DNA from: an uncultured Alphaproteobacteria bacterium
GTDB taxonomy: Bacteria; Pseudomonadota; Alphaproteobacteria; Rhizobiales; Methyloligellaceae
Direction of reading: 5' to 3'
DNA length: 64,000 bases
Assembly: GCA_963820115.1 (NCBI GenBank)
Contig: CAWFYP010000001.1
Location: 698,897-762,896 of the forward strand
Under the pieces are notes generated by a model. That model searched no databases. It had not been told where the DNA came from and saw nothing but the letters and a program-made list of their open reading frames with translations. The position numbers were made by a program, and so were the translations under genes. Below are positions 1 to 10,325 of the stretch, in pieces. Within the stretch, counting starts at the first letter, position 1. Each line of letters begins with the position of its first letter.

Positions 1-283
1 CGGCGGCCTCGGCCGGCTCACCATGCCGCAGACCCTCGATTATTCGGTGGCCATCGCCGTGCACACTTTGTGGCTGGCGGCGCGGGCGGAGGGGCTCGGC
101 GTGGGCTGGGTGTCGATCCTCGACCCGGCGCGCATGGCCGAAATTCTCGACGTGCCAAGGGACTGGGTCTTTATCGGGCATCTCTGCGTGGGCTATCCGG
201 CCGAGGAGCGGGATACGCCCGTGCTCGAGCGGGAAGGCTGGGAGCACCGGCGGCTGCCGGCCGGCGCGATGATGACCCGGTGA
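1..283 (+). CDS. bluB: 5,6-dimethylbenzimidazole synthase BluB, C-terminal part (5' end lies outside the window)
   Basis: The frame of ORF 23..283 stays open back to the window edge. The translation AIAVHTLWLAARAEGLGVGWVSILDP...IGHLCVGYP...GWEHRRL resembles the C-terminus of BluB (nitroreductase fold), recognised by eye. Confidence 0.8.
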   Translation, partial: GGLGRLTMPQTLDYSVAIAVHTLWLAARAEGLGVGWVSILDPARMAEILDVPRDWVFIGHLCVGYPAEERDTPVLEREGWEHRRLPAGAMMTR

Positions 284-362
284 GGCAAGCGAGCGGGCTT
301 GATCCTTCCCGGATCAAGCGGCACTGTGGGTGGAGCGGCCGAGGCCGTCGGGGGAGGGGACT

Positions 363-674
363 ATGCGTAAGGCACGCATTAGGCTGATCTTGCTATCGCT
401 ATTTGCGGTCCTGCTCGGTGCAGCCGGGACCACGCCGGTGGGCGCGGCGCCTTTGGGCGGCGGCGCGCTCCTCCCGCATCAGACCATGGTGCAGCCCGTC
501 GTGACCTGGCGCGACTGCCAACGGATCGCTCGCTGTACCGGCTGCCGGCCCGTCTATCACTGCCGTGCGTGCAGCTATCAGAGAAAATGCAAATGGGGCA
601 TCTGCGAATGGGCGGATACATGCGTCTGGGGGCCGTATTTGCCCGTCGCCCCGCGCGGGGTGCGCGTTTATTGA
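363..674 (+). CDS. small secreted cysteine-rich protein (hypothetical)
   Basis: ATG at 363 follows a GGAGGGG Shine-Dalgarno. N-terminal signal-like MRKARIRLILLSLFAVLLGAAG...AAP. Ten Cys lie within about 45 residues (CQRIARCTGCRPVYHCRACSYQRKCKWGICEWADTC). No family recognised. Confidence 0.6.
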   Translation: MRKARIRLILLSLFAVLLGAAGTTPVGAAPLGGGALLPHQTMVQPVVTWRDCQRIARCTGCRPVYHCRACSYQRKCKWGICEWADTCVWGPYLPVAPRGVRVY

Positions 675-677
675 CGT

Positions 678-1139
678 CTATTCGGCGGCATTTCGCCTCC
701 GCGTCCAACGTTGCTCGGCGGTCGCGTCGCGCGCATCGGCCTCGACCCAGCGAGTGCCCTCAGGTCCGGTCTCCTGCTTCCAGAACGGCGCGCGGGTCTT
801 GAGATAATCCATCAGGAATTCCGCCGCGGCGAAGGCCGCCTCGCGATGGCTGGAGGCCGTCGCCACGAGCACGATATTGTCGCCGGGCTTGAGCTTGCCC
901 ACGCGATGGACGATGAGGCACGCCTCCAGCGGCCAGCGTGTGCGCGCCTCGGCCTCGATGCGTTGAAGCTCGGCTTCGGTCATGCCGGGATAATGCTCGA
1001 GGCTCATCTTTTCCACCTGACCGTCGGCGTCACGCACCGTGCCGAGGAAGGTGACGAGGGCGCCGATGTCGGTGCGGCCAGCCTTGAGCCGTTGCACCTC
1101 GGCGCCGAGGTCGAAATCCTCTTCCTGCACGCGGATCAT
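678..1139 (-). CDS. moaE: molybdopterin synthase catalytic subunit MoaE
   Basis: Translation MIRVQEEDFD...GALVTFLGTVRD...SLEHYPGMTE...IVHRVGKLKPGDNIVLVATASSHREAAF...MDYLKTRAPFWK is typical MoaE. The ATG at 1139 lies 2 nt after the moaD stop. Confidence 0.92.
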   Translation of the reverse strand: MIRVQEEDFDLGAEVQRLKAGRTDIGALVTFLGTVRDADGQVEKMSLEHYPGMTEAELQRIEAEARTRWPLEACLIVHRVGKLKPGDNIVLVATASSHREAAFAAAEFLMDYLKTRAPFWKQETGPEGTRWVEADARDATAEQRWTRRRNAAE

Positions 1140-1141
1140 AT

Positions 1142-1393
1142 TCAGCCTCCGGTCACCGGCGGGAAGAAGGCGATCTCGCACGCGCCAACAAGGCTCGCCT
1201 CGGGCCGCGCGTGGGTCTGGTCGATGGCCGCGCGCACGACGCCGGGCCGCGCGAAGGCATCGGCGTAGTCCGGCCCGCGCGTTTTGAGCCAGGTCACGAG
1301 CGCGCCCACGGTCGTCACATGAGCGGGCAGCTCCACCTCTTCGGCGGCGACGCCCGTCTTCTCCCGGACCCAGGCGAAATAGAGGAGGCGCAT
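1142..1393 (-). CDS. moaD: molybdopterin synthase sulfur carrier subunit MoaD
   Basis: 83 aa ending in FFPPVTGG (diagnostic C-terminal Gly-Gly). It sits directly upstream of moaE. Confidence 0.9.
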   Translation of the reverse strand: MRLLYFAWVREKTGVAAEEVELPAHVTTVGALVTWLKTRGPDYADAFARPGVVRAAIDQTHARPEASLVGACEIAFFPPVTGG

Positions 1394-1398
1394 GACGC

Positions 1399-2019
1399 TC
1401 AGTCCTTGTCTCTCATGAGGTGTCCCAGCGAGGCACGAAGATAATCATAGCCCGTATAGAGGGTGAGCAGCGCCGCGATCCACAACATCGTCAATCCGAA
1501 CATGGTGGTGTAAGGCCAGATCTTGTCGCCGGCGCTGCCCGCAAGCAGGAAGCCGATGGCGAGCATCTGCACCACGGTCTTCCACTTGGCGAGGCGCGTC
1601 ACCGGGACACCGACGGCGAGCGTGCCGAGGAACTCGCGCAAGCCCGAGACGAGAATCTCGCGGCACAGAATGATGACGCCCGCCCAGAGCGACCAGCCGG
1701 CGATGGTCTGGTTGGCGGCGAGCATGAGGAGCGCCGCGGCCACGATCAACTTGTCGGCGATGGGGTCGAGCATGCGGCCGATCGTACTTTGCTGCTCCCA
1801 GGCGCGGGCAAGATAGCCATCGAGGAAATCGCTGACGCCGGCGGCGATGAAGATCCACATGGCGACCCAGCGGCCCCAGTCGCCCTTGACGAAGAAGCAG
1901 GCGACCAGCGCCGGAATGGCAAGGATGCGGCCATAGGTGAGCAGGTTCGGCAGGCTGGCGAAGCGGCCGCGGCCTGCGCCGATGCGCTGCGCTGTCCTAC
2001 TCATTCCCGGTTGCGCCAT
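1399..2019 (-). CDS. pgsA: CDP-diacylglycerol--glycerol-3-phosphate 3-phosphatidyltransferase
   Basis: LPNLLTYGRI...DFLDGYLAR...GRMLDPIADK is the CDP-alcohol phosphatidyltransferase motif. The start is uncertain: ATG at 2019 or 2004, and the longer ORF start at 2082 would overlap uvrC. Confidence 0.88.
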   Translation of the reverse strand: MAQPGMSRTAQRIGAGRGRFASLPNLLTYGRILAIPALVACFFVKGDWGRWVAMWIFIAAGVSDFLDGYLARAWEQQSTIGRMLDPIADKLIVAAALLMLAANQTIAGWSLWAGVIILCREILVSGLREFLGTLAVGVPVTRLAKWKTVVQMLAIGFLLAGSAGDKIWPYTTMFGLTMLWIAALLTLYTGYDYLRASLGHLMRDKD

Positions 2020-2056
2020 GTTCGACGGATTGTCCAATTTTCGCGATCCCGCGCCG

Positions 2057-3964
2057 CTAGCCGCGCTCATGAAAGTGATCATAGATCGTCTTCGCCATCT
2101 GCGCGCTAATGCCGGTAACGTTTTCGAGGTCGGCGATGCCGGCGCGGCTCACGGCCTTGGCCGAGCCGAAATGCTTGAGCAGCGCCCGCTTGCGCGACGG
2201 GCCGATGCCGGGGACCTCGTCGAGCGGCGACGCCGTGATGGCTTTCTTGCGCCGGGCGCGGTGGGCGCCGATGGCAAAACGGTGCGCCTCGTCGCGAAGG
2301 CGCTGCAGGCAGTAAAGCACGGGATCGCGCGACTCCAAAATCAGCGGCTCGGCGCCCTTGAGATAAATGCGTTCACGCCCGGCATTACGGTCGGGACCCT
2401 TGGCGATAGCGGCGAGTTTGATGTCGGAAAGCCCGAGCTCGTCCAGCACGCCCTGCGCGGCCGAGAGCTGCCCGGGACCGCCGTCGATCAGCACCAGATC
2501 GGGCGCCTCCCAACCCTCCACTGGGTTCTTGGCAATCTTGCCGAAGCGCCGCGTCAGCATCTCGCGCATCATGGCGTAGTCGTCTCCGGGAGCAAGATGC
2601 TCCGAGCGGATGTTGAACTTGCGATATTGACTCCTGATGAAGCCTTCGAGGCCGGCGACGATCATGGCGCCCACGGGATTGGTGCCCGAGATGTGGCTAT
2701 TGTCGAATACTTCGATGCGCTCCGGTGCCTCGTCGAGCTCGAACAGCTCGGCGAGGCGCGTGAAGATCGCCGCTTGCGACGACAATTCGGCGAGGCGCCG
2801 CGCTAGGGCCTCGCGCGCATTGGTGAGCGCGTGAGCGACGAGGTCGCGCTTCTCGCCGCGTTGCGGCGCGAGCACGCCGATCTTGTGCCCGGCGCGCAGC
2901 GAGAGCGCCTCAGCCAGCAGCCGGCGTCCTTTGATGTCATGGGAAAGGAACACGAATTTGGGCGGCGGCTTGTCGTCATAGAACTGGGCGACGAAGGATT
3001 CGAGTACCTCCTCCACGGGGAGGCTCTTGTCGGCGCGGGGGAAATAGGCGCGGTTGCCCCAATTGTTGCCGGTGCGGAAGAAGAATACTTGAATGCAAGT
3101 CTGCCCCGCCTCCTGATGGGCGGCGAAGACGTCGGCCTCCTTCACGCTGACCGGGTTGATGCCCTGGCGCGACTGGATGTGGCTCAAGGCCGTCATGCGG
3201 TCTCGGAAGCTCGCCGCCCGCTCATAGTCTTCCGCCACGCTCGCTTCGTCCATGAGCGCATGCAAGCGCCGCTTCACCTCGTCGCTCTCGCCGGTGAGAA
3301 ACTTCAACGCCTCGTCGACCAGCGCGGCGTAGCTCGCTTGCGAGATCTCGCCGGTGCAGGGCGCGCTGCAGCGTTTGATTTGGAAGAGCAGGCAGGGGCG
3401 CGTGCGGCTTTCGAAATAAGCGTCGGAGCAGGAGCGCAGCAGGAAGGCGCGTTGCAGGGTGTTGATGGTGCGGCCAACCGCGCCCGCCGAGGCGAAGGGA
3501 CCGAAATAGTCGCCCTTGCGGCTCCGTGCACCGCGATGCTTCATGATCTGCGGGAAGTTGTGGTCGCGCGCGATGAGGATGAAGGGGAAGGATTTGTCGT
3601 CGCGGAGCACCACATTGAAGCGAGGCTGCAACCGCTTGATAAGATTGGCCTCAAGCAGCAGCGCTTCGATCTCTGTCGCCGTGGTGACGAATTCCATGCA
3701 GGCGGTATCGGCGATCATGCGGACGATGCGGTTGGTGTGGTTTCCGGCCCGTGCGTAGCTCTGCACGCGCTTCTTGAGGTGGCGCGCTTTGCCGACATAG
3801 AGGACCTCGCCGCCCGCATCGAGCATGCGGTAGACGCCGGGGCCGGCGGGCGCGGTCTTGGCGTAGCGCGCGATCACGGGCGCACCGGTCTCGACGCCGG
3901 CAAGCACTTCTTTCGCGCGCGCAACGAGCGACATTTTGGGGCGGTCGCGGTTCTCCAGCTTCAT
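2057..3964 (-). CDS. uvrC: excinuclease ABC subunit UvrC
   Basis: 635 aa with a GIY-YIG N-terminus ([27 protein letters not shown]), a UVR motif and a C-terminal (HhH)2 region ([18 protein letters not shown]). Confidence 0.95.
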   Translation of the reverse strand: MKLENRDRPKMSLVARAKEVLAGVETGAPVIARYAKTAPAGPGVYRMLDAGGEVLYVGKARHLKKRVQSYARAGNHTNRIVRMIADTACMEFVTTATEIEALLLEANLIKRLQPRFNVVLRDDKSFPFILIARDHNFPQIMKHRGARSRKGDYFGPFASAGAVGRTINTLQRAFLLRSCSDAYFESRTRPCLLFQIKRCSAPCTGEISQASYAALVDEALKFLTGESDEVKRRLHALMDEASVAEDYERAASFRDRMTALSHIQSRQGINPVSVKEADVFAAHQEAGQTCIQVFFFRTGNNWGNRAYFPRADKSLPVEEVLESFVAQFYDDKPPPKFVFLSHDIKGRRLLAEALSLRAGHKIGVLAPQRGEKRDLVAHALTNAREALARRLAELSSQAAIFTRLAELFELDEAPERIEVFDNSHISGTNPVGAMIVAGLEGFIRSQYRKFNIRSEHLAPGDDYAMMREMLTRRFGKIAKNPVEGWEAPDLVLIDGGPGQLSAAQGVLDELGLSDIKLAAIAKGPDRNAGRERIYLKGAEPLILESRDPVLYCLQRLRDEAHRFAIGAHRARRKKAITASPLDEVPGIGPSRKRALLKHFGSAKAVSRAGIADLENVTGISAQMAKTIYDHFHERG

Positions 3965-4072
3965 GGGAATCCTGATTAAGGCGCGGCGTCGGCCCGGCCG
4001 CGCTCGCGCCTTACGGGTGAAGGTAAGGTCTAAGCGCGGTGGGCTGCAAGGGCTCGGGATGCGCGAGATCGC

Positions 4073-4813
4073 TTACCAGGCGAGATGCTGGCCGCCGTCA
4101 AGAGCGACCATCTGGCCCGTCATTGAAGGCGTGGCGAGGAGGAAGTCGATCGCGGCGCAGACCTCTTCCGGCGTGCCGCCCCGGCCAAGCGGCATTGAGC
4201 GGCATTCGCGTTCGAATTCCGCCGGGGTCTGCCGATGGCTCGGCAAGACCGGTCCCGGCCCGATGGCGTTGACGCGGATGCGGGGGCTGAGTGCCTGCGC
4301 CAGGGTGCGCGTCGCCGTCCAGAGCGCCGCTTTGGCGACGGTGTAGGAGAAGAAATCCGGGGTTAGGCGCCAAACTCGCTGGTCGATCATGTTGATCACG
4401 CAACCCCGCTGCGGTTCCGGCAAGATCTCGGCAAACGCCTTGGTGAGGAAGACGGGAGCACGGAGATCGACGTTGAGATGGGCCTGCCAGCCAGCCGGAT
4501 CGAGGGTGGCGATATCGTCCCACTCGAAACGGGCCGCGTTGTTGATGAGGCAGGTGGGCGCCCCAAGGCGCGAGGCGCAAGAAGCGACCAGAGGGGCAAG
4601 TGCTGCGACCTCGGCAAGATCGGCTTGCAACGCCCAGGCCTTGCCGCCCAAGGCCTCGATCGCTCTCACCAGCGTCGCCGCCTCGTCTTCGGCCTGGTGA
4701 TAGTGGACCCCGACGCGCCAGCCCATTCTTGCCAAATGCAGGGCTATCGCGTGGCCGAGCCGGCGCCCCGCGCCGGTCACGAGCGCGGTTCCGGGGATGA
4801 TGTCTTGCGCCAT
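4073..4813 (-). CDS. SDR family oxidoreductase (short-chain dehydrogenase)
   Basis: N-terminal TGAGRRLGHAIALHLARMG Rossmann motif, YxxxK-like YTVAKAAL, 246 aa. Confidence 0.85.
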   Translation of the reverse strand: MAQDIIPGTALVTGAGRRLGHAIALHLARMGWRVGVHYHQAEDEAATLVRAIEALGGKAWALQADLAEVAALAPLVASCASRLGAPTCLINNAARFEWDDIATLDPAGWQAHLNVDLRAPVFLTKAFAEILPEPQRGCVINMIDQRVWRLTPDFFSYTVAKAALWTATRTLAQALSPRIRVNAIGPGPVLPSHRQTPAEFERECRSMPLGRGGTPEEVCAAIDFLLATPSMTGQMVALDGGQHLAW

Positions 4814-5289
4814 GCCGCCAAGTTACGGTGAGGGAGAATGACTCCGGCGCTGCCGCCAGCGCTCCTGTCGCTCACTCTAGGCGAGGGTTCTTGGGTAAAC
4901 AATCAACTCCAAGGGACGACCGGTGACCCTTCTGAAGCGAATCTCGCAAGCGACTGAACCGGCGGCCCCTTCGACGCCATCGATAAGTCCCGCGATGTCC
5001 GCCTTCAGTTTGGGCAATTGCCAACATCTTGTGCAGGTTCCATGAATATTTGTTCGCCGCCGAGCGAGGCTAAAGCTCATTCGATCACCATTCCGCTTGG
5101 ACCATTGCAGATGTGTCACACTGGTCCCATTGTTTAGAGAAACCAGGGGTTTTTTCATTGCTTCGGGAGTCGGCCGCATTATTGTAGCGCTGAACAGGGG
5201 ACGTTGCGCCGCCCGAGTCGGGAGTGGTGCGGCCTCGCTGAGACGGAATTCTGTTGCAGGGACAAGGACATAACCGGGGGACTGAAGAA

Positions 5290-6069
5290 ATGGCTCGGCA
5301 GAACACGGCATTGGGGATGTTAAGGACTAGTATTGCGGGGGCGGCACTACTTGCTGGGCTAGCAGCCCCTGCGCTCGCCGACGACAAGCTCACCTTCTCA
5401 GGCAGCGCGGCGCTCACCACCGACTACGTGTTCCGCGGCGTCTCGCAGACCGACGAGAACGGTGCCATTCAGGGTGAGTTCGACGCCACCTGGAAAATCT
5501 TCTACCTCGGCGTGTGGGGGTCGAACCTCAATTTCGGCGGCGCACAGACACAAGCCGGCCAGTTCGTCGATGTGGCGCAGCTCGAAGCGGATTGGTATGG
5601 CGGCATCCGGCCGGTATGGAAGGGCGTGACGTTCGACATCGGCGGTATCTACTACAGCTACCCCAACTCGTTCGGCCCGGCGCATCTCGACTATTTCGAG
5701 CTGAAGACCGGTGGCTCCTATACCCTCTTCGATAAGCTGACGCTCGGCCTCTTCAACTACTATTCGCCGAACAACACCGGTGATGTCGGTGCCAACGACG
5801 TGTTGGAATTCGACTGGGCGTATGCTCTCAACAAGGTCTGGGGCGTCACCCCGACTCTGAGCGGTGTGTACGGCCGGCAGTGGGCCGATTCGAACCAAGG
5901 CGGCGTCAGCTACAGCTACGTAAACGTGGGCTTGACGGTCGGCTTCTGGGAGACGCCGGCGTTAAGCGCGGACATTCGCTTCTGGGATACCGACCTCAAT
6001 GGGTGCGGTGCCGCCACCATCTTCCAATGCGGGCCGCGCGTCGTGGGCACGCTCAAGGCCTCCTTCTGA
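5290..6069 (+). CDS. TIGR02001 family outer membrane protein
   Basis: Signal peptide ending ALADD, then FSGSAALTTDYVFRGVSQTDENGAIQGEFD, characteristic of this beta-barrel family. ATG at 5290 follows a GGGGGA Shine-Dalgarno, and a terminator follows the gene. Confidence 0.85.
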   Translation: MARQNTALGMLRTSIAGAALLAGLAAPALADDKLTFSGSAALTTDYVFRGVSQTDENGAIQGEFDATWKIFYLGVWGSNLNFGGAQTQAGQFVDVAQLEADWYGGIRPVWKGVTFDIGGIYYSYPNSFGPAHLDYFELKTGGSYTLFDKLTLGLFNYYSPNNTGDVGANDVLEFDWAYALNKVWGVTPTLSGVYGRQWADSNQGGVSYSYVNVGLTVGFWETPALSADIRFWDTDLNGCGAATIFQCGPRVVGTLKASF

Positions 6070-6101
6070 TTTAACTTCACCAAAAGCACTTCCCAACTTA
6101 G

Positions 6102-6130
6102 AAGGGCGCCGTTTTTAGCGCCCTTTTTTT
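6102..6130 (+). terminator. rho-independent terminator
   Basis: AAGGGCGC (6102-6109) pairs with GCGCCCTT (6118-6125) across an 8-nt loop. A T7 run at 6124-6130 follows, 33 nt after the stop at 6069. Confidence 0.8.
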
Positions 6131-6159
6131 CACGCGCGTCCGATGTCATATCCGCGGAC

Positions 6160-6852
6160 ATGAAGGATGCGGCTCCGGCACGACAGGTGAAGCTTGGCGA
6201 CGAGGCGATTGCCAGAGCGCATGTGATCTATACTCCGCGCGCCCTTGCGCTCTACGATGCCGTCGTCCACGGCCTCTCCAATCGCCTCGCCTGGCGGTGT
6301 CCCACCGCACGGCTCTTGCAACTCTATGCCGACAATCTTTCCGCCAATCATCTCGAGGCCGGCGTTGGTACGGGGTTCTTTATCGACCGGACGGCCCGCG
6401 CCGCCTTCGAGCGTCTCGTGCTGCTCGACATCAACGCGCATTGCCTGTCCGCCGCTGCGGCGCGGCTTGAGCGATTTGCCCCGGTGCCGTGGCAGGCGAG
6501 CCTGTTCGCGCCCTGGGGCGAGGCACGCGGCTGGGACCGCGTCCCGTTCCAGTCCATCGGCCTCACTTATGTGTTGCACTGCCTGCCCGGGCCCATGACC
6601 GAGAAGCTCGGAATCGTCGACCATTTGCGCGCGGCCATGGCTCCGGGGGCTGCGCTGTTCGGCGCCACCATCCTTGGCCGGGGCATCGCCCCCAATGGGG
6701 CGGCGCGGGCGCTTCTGGCGCTCTATAATCACAAGGGCGTGTTCAACAATCGCCAGGATGATCGCGAGAGCCTGGAGCGAGGTCTGAAGCAGCGGTTCGA
6801 TGCCGTCGCGATCGAGACCCAGGGCTGCGTTGCCATCTTCCGCGCGGCTTGA
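6160..6852 (+). CDS. class I SAM-dependent methyltransferase
   Basis: Motif I LEAGVGTGFF followed by LLDIN. 230 aa. Confidence 0.75.
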   Translation: MKDAAPARQVKLGDEAIARAHVIYTPRALALYDAVVHGLSNRLAWRCPTARLLQLYADNLSANHLEAGVGTGFFIDRTARAAFERLVLLDINAHCLSAAAARLERFAPVPWQASLFAPWGEARGWDRVPFQSIGLTYVLHCLPGPMTEKLGIVDHLRAAMAPGAALFGATILGRGIAPNGAARALLALYNHKGVFNNRQDDRESLERGLKQRFDAVAIETQGCVAIFRAA

Positions 6853-6868
6853 GGTGAGCGAGCAAGGC

Positions 6869-8074
6869 ATGACTTCTTATCCATCCACACCGCGGCCGAT
6901 CAGGCGCAGAGGTGCTGTGCTGGCGCTTCTGCTGCTTGCGGCGCTGCTCCTCTATCTCGCCTGGCGCGCTTTGCCGATCAACATTGCCATGCCGTCCAAG
7001 GAGGCAGGCTCTCCCGGCGATGCTGCGCGCGCGGCGGCCGGGCTGACCGCGCCGGCAGGCATGACGGTCAACGCCTATGCCACGGGATTGGGACCCGCGC
7101 GCATGATGGCACTCACGCCGAAGGGCGACATTCTCCTGACCGTGCCACCGAACCAGCTCTTGCTGATCAAAGCCGACCAGAACGGCGACGGACGCACCGA
7201 CGGGGTGATTACGCTGCTCGACGATTTGCATAATGCGAGTGGGATCGCCCTCGACGGCGATCAGCTCTATATCGCCGTGAACGGCCGCGTGCTCCGCGTT
7301 CCCTTCGACGCCGAGGCGGGGCGCGTGACCGGAGCGGCCGAGACCGTCATCGGTTTGCCGGCTGGCGGCATGCATTGGACGCGCACGATCAAGAAGGGCC
7401 CGGACGGGTATTTCTACGTGACCATCGGCTCGGACTGTAATGTCTGCATCGAGCAGGACCCGTGGCGCGCGGCCATGATCCGCTTCAAGCCAGGCGCGAC
7501 GCCGACGCTTTACGCCAGCGGCTTGCGCAACAGCGTCGGGTTCGACTGGCAGCCGGTAACTGGCGAGCTGTACGCGGTGAACAACGGCCGCGACTGGCTC
7601 GGGGACAACTTCCCGCCGGAAGAGGTCAATCGCATCGTCGAAGGCGGCTTCTATGGGTGGCCCTATCTCAACGGCGACAACGTGCCCGATCCCGATTACG
7701 GCAAAGACGTAGGCGACAGGGCCAAGACGGCGATCATGCCCGCCTACAAGCTACCGGCTCATGTGGCGCCGCTCGCGATACTCTTCCTGCGTCACGGGCG
7801 AGCGGACGCTTCCGCCGGCACGGCGTTGGTGGCGGAGCATGGAAGCTGGAACCGGTCGACGAAGGTCGGCTATCAAGTGGTGGCGCTCACCTGGCGGGAC
7901 GGGGCGATCAGCGAGGCGCCCTTCCTCACCGGGTTCCTCAAGGATGGCGTGGTGTCAGGGCGCCCGGTCGATATCGCCGAGGCGCCGGACGGCACGGTCT
8001 ACATCTCCGACGATTTCGGCGGCGTGATCTGGCGGGTAGCCCCACAAGCGCAAGCGCCGGGAAGCCCCGGCTAA
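6869..8074 (+). CDS. PQQ-dependent sugar dehydrogenase / sorbosone dehydrogenase family protein
   Basis: N-terminal TM segment, then beta-propeller-like repeats (NASGIALDGDQLYIA, GLRNSVGFDW, GFYGWPY, RPVDIAEAPDGTVYISDDFGGVIWRV). The internal ATG at 6869 avoids overlap with the upstream gene. Confidence 0.8.
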   Translation: MTSYPSTPRPIRRRGAVLALLLLAALLLYLAWRALPINIAMPSKEAGSPGDAARAAAGLTAPAGMTVNAYATGLGPARMMALTPKGDILLTVPPNQLLLIKADQNGDGRTDGVITLLDDLHNASGIALDGDQLYIAVNGRVLRVPFDAEAGRVTGAAETVIGLPAGGMHWTRTIKKGPDGYFYVTIGSDCNVCIEQDPWRAAMIRFKPGATPTLYASGLRNSVGFDWQPVTGELYAVNNGRDWLGDNFPPEEVNRIVEGGFYGWPYLNGDNVPDPDYGKDVGDRAKTAIMPAYKLPAHVAPLAILFLRHGRADASAGTALVAEHGSWNRSTKVGYQVVALTWRDGAISEAPFLTGFLKDGVVSGRPVDIAEAPDGTVYISDDFGGVIWRVAPQAQAPGSPG

Positions 8075-8274
8075 GGCGCGTCTTAAAGGGCGCGCCCTTC
8101 TGCCATGGGATGGTCATTAACCGGCCCCTAACCCTACCCAGTTTTGCCCTTCTGTAACGTTAACCCTCGGTAAGGGTAGGCCGCTAATTTCAGGCCGTGA
8201 GCGCTGGGTTTCCGCGCGCGCTCCGCGCCCGCGCGGGTCGGGCCCGGACGGCCAATCTTGAGGGAGGCTTCTTT

Positions 8275-8964
8275 ATGCGTACGCGATTTCACCGGGCTGT
8301 GACTCTTGCCGCCATGGGCTTGGCCGGCGCCGCGGTCTCAAGCCCAGTGCTTGGTGCCGACATGCTGCCCGGCGGCCCGCCTCCTATCTATGAAGCAGGG
8401 CCGCCGCCGTCGTCGGAGCTGTTCGCCGGTTGGTGGCTGGGCGCCACGCTCGGCGGCGGCACTTACACGACCGACTTCTCCGAAGCCAAGGACAATATCG
8501 ACGGGGGCGGCATCCTCGGCGGCGGCATCGGCGGGTGGAACTGGCAAAACGGGCCCATCGTCATCGGGCTCGAGGGTGACGTGGTCGCGGCCGGCATCAA
8601 CGGCAACCGCCATTTCAACGGCGGCGCCAACAATGCAAGCCCGAGCATCGACACCATGGCCGATCTTCGTTTGCGCGCGGGCGTGGCGATCATGCCGAAT
8701 CTGCTGCTCTTCGCCACGGCCGGCGGCAGCTGGGCCGATGCCAGCCTGCCGATTACCGGACCGGGTGGGGCTTCGCGCGACGGCACATTCTTCGGTTGGA
8801 ATGTCGGCGGCGGCGCCGAGGTCGCGTTCAGCCAGAATTGGAGCGCGCGCTTCGACTATCAGTTCACCGATTTCGACTCCAATTCGGTGTCCTATCCGGG
8901 CGGCAAGACGAAGTACGATCCCGACCTCAGCACCTATCGCGGCTCGTTCATCTACCATTTCTGA
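8275..8964 (+). CDS. outer membrane beta-barrel protein (Omp25/OmpA-like porin family)
   Basis: Signal peptide MRTRFHRAVTLAAMGLAGAAVSSPVLGAD, Gly-rich alternating strands, and a C-terminal aromatic residue (...RGSFIYHF). Confidence 0.8.
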   Translation: MRTRFHRAVTLAAMGLAGAAVSSPVLGADMLPGGPPPIYEAGPPPSSELFAGWWLGATLGGGTYTTDFSEAKDNIDGGGILGGGIGGWNWQNGPIVIGLEGDVVAAGINGNRHFNGGANNASPSIDTMADLRLRAGVAIMPNLLLFATAGGSWADASLPITGPGGASRDGTFFGWNVGGGAEVAFSQNWSARFDYQFTDFDSNSVSYPGGKTKYDPDLSTYRGSFIYHF

Positions 8965-8990
8965 GCGCCGGACACGGCGGAAGAGGGACG

Positions 8991-9743
8991 CTAGCGGGTG
9001 CTTGCTTGCGGCGGGCGCAGCTCGAGCGTGTCGTGCCGACAGAGACGCTTTTCGTCTTCGTTGGTACCGCACGTCCTCGGAGTGAGATCGCGGGCGAAGC
9101 AGAAGCGGACGTCGAGCAATTCCTGGCCACGGCAGGCCACGGCCATCATGTCGGGCTTGAGCCACGCATTGGCGCCCACGAAGTCGCGCTCGATCTCGTC
9201 GGGTGACGCCTTGAGCCACTGGTCAGGATCGGTAAAGCGCGGCGGTATGGTCACCCGATTATAGAGCGCGCGCGCCACGTTGAAATATTGGCCGGGGTCG
9301 AGACCCGAGCAGGTACCATGCGCGCGATATTCATGAATGATGAGATTCTTGCCCGGCATCATCGGGAGCATGGCGTCGATCACCGCGCTTGGGACCCAGG
9401 GGCGCTCGCTTGTGGCGCAGTCCTTCGGCCAGCCCCGCTCATATTGCGGCCATAGCCCATGCAAGACGAAGGCGCGGGGATGCTGCCCCTCGCATTGACG
9501 GTCGTCCCGGCCGCGGCCTTCGCTCGCGCAATAGGCCGGCGACCAGCCGAGCACCAGCAGGTAGTAATCGAAACGTCCCGGAGGGTTGGGGGCGGATTGT
9601 TCCGGCGCCTTATGGTCCGCACCTTGCGGGACATGGTCGAGCTCTCCCGGCGTCTTCTCGACCGGGCGGAAATAGGCGGCCAACGTCACCACCACCGCCA
9701 GGATGATCAGCAGGAGGACGAGCTTAACGAGGTTCGGCCGCAT
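8991..9743 (-). CDS. ribonuclease T2 family protein (RNase I-like), membrane-anchored or secreted
   Basis: CAS I/II-like motifs [21 protein letters not shown] and [14 protein letters not shown] at 9743 gives an N-terminal hydrophobic segment ([21 protein letters not shown]). Confidence 0.85.
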   Translation of the reverse strand: MRPNLVKLVLLLIILAVVVTLAAYFRPVEKTPGELDHVPQGADHKAPEQSAPNPPGRFDYYLLVLGWSPAYCASEGRGRDDRQCEGQHPRAFVLHGLWPQYERGWPKDCATSERPWVPSAVIDAMLPMMPGKNLIIHEYRAHGTCSGLDPGQYFNVARALYNRVTIPPRFTDPDQWLKASPDEIERDFVGANAWLKPDMMAVACRGQELLDVRFCFARDLTPRTCGTNEDEKRLCRHDTLELRPPQASTR

Positions 9744-10065
9744 CGATCGACCCAAGCGCGTACAAGATGCGGGCCCAGCTCCGGGCGCCTTTGGTAAAGC
9801 TCGCGAGGTTGTACTTCTCGTCGGGGGAATGAATGCGGTCATCGTCGAGGGCAAAGCCGATGAGCAGCGCTTGCATGCCGAGCCGCGAGCGGAACAATTC
9901 GACGATGGGGATGGACGCACCGCAGCCGATCATCATTGGCGCTTTGTCCCATTCCCGCTCGAGCGCCTCGGCCGCGGCCATGAAGGGCGGCGGTGGTTCA
10001 CACCCATCGCTCAAGGCTCGAAGCATAACGTCGCGAGGAACGGCGCGTGGCGACGCCGGCGACAT
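9724..10065 (-). pseudogene. remnant of an M20-family dipeptidase/peptidase (C-terminal ~100 codons only)
   Basis: [12 protein letters not shown]...[32 protein letters not shown] matches the extreme C-terminus of ~450-aa M20 peptidases. No upstream catalytic part exists, because cspA ends 45 nt upstream. Confidence 0.6.
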
Positions 10066-10109
10066 TCGGAGCGATGGAACAATAGGGATGGAGGTAGATG
10101 GGAGAGGAG

Positions 10110-10325
10110 CTATTCGCCCATTTGGACGTTGATAGCCTGAGGACCCTTGCCGCGACGGTCCGGTTCGGTCTCGAACGATACGCGCGCGCCTTCGTCGAGG
10201 GCGGGAAGACCTGATTTCTGCAAGGCCGAGATGTGCAGAAAGACATCCTTGCCGCCGTCGTCCGGCGTGATGAAGCCGAAGCCTCGCGAATGGTTGAAGA
10301 ACTTGACCGTCCCGGTCTGACGCAT
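10110..10325 (-). CDS. cspA: cold-shock protein (CspA family)
   Basis: [35 protein letters not shown] carries the RNP1/RNP2 motifs. 71 aa from the ATG at 10325. Confidence 0.93.
   Translation of the reverse strand: MRQTGTVKFFNHSRGFGFITPDDGGKDVFLHISALQKSGLPALDEGARVSFETEPDRRGKGPQAINVQMGE

Noticed and set aside
4877-5311. 144-aa minus-strand ORF in the lower-GC spacer between the SDR gene and the TIGR02001 outer membrane protein gene (possible shorter versions from ATG 5158 or 5080)
   Set aside because: No family, no convincing Shine-Dalgarno, and low third-position GC compared with neighbouring genes. It may hide a small ORF, but the sequence alone does not support it.
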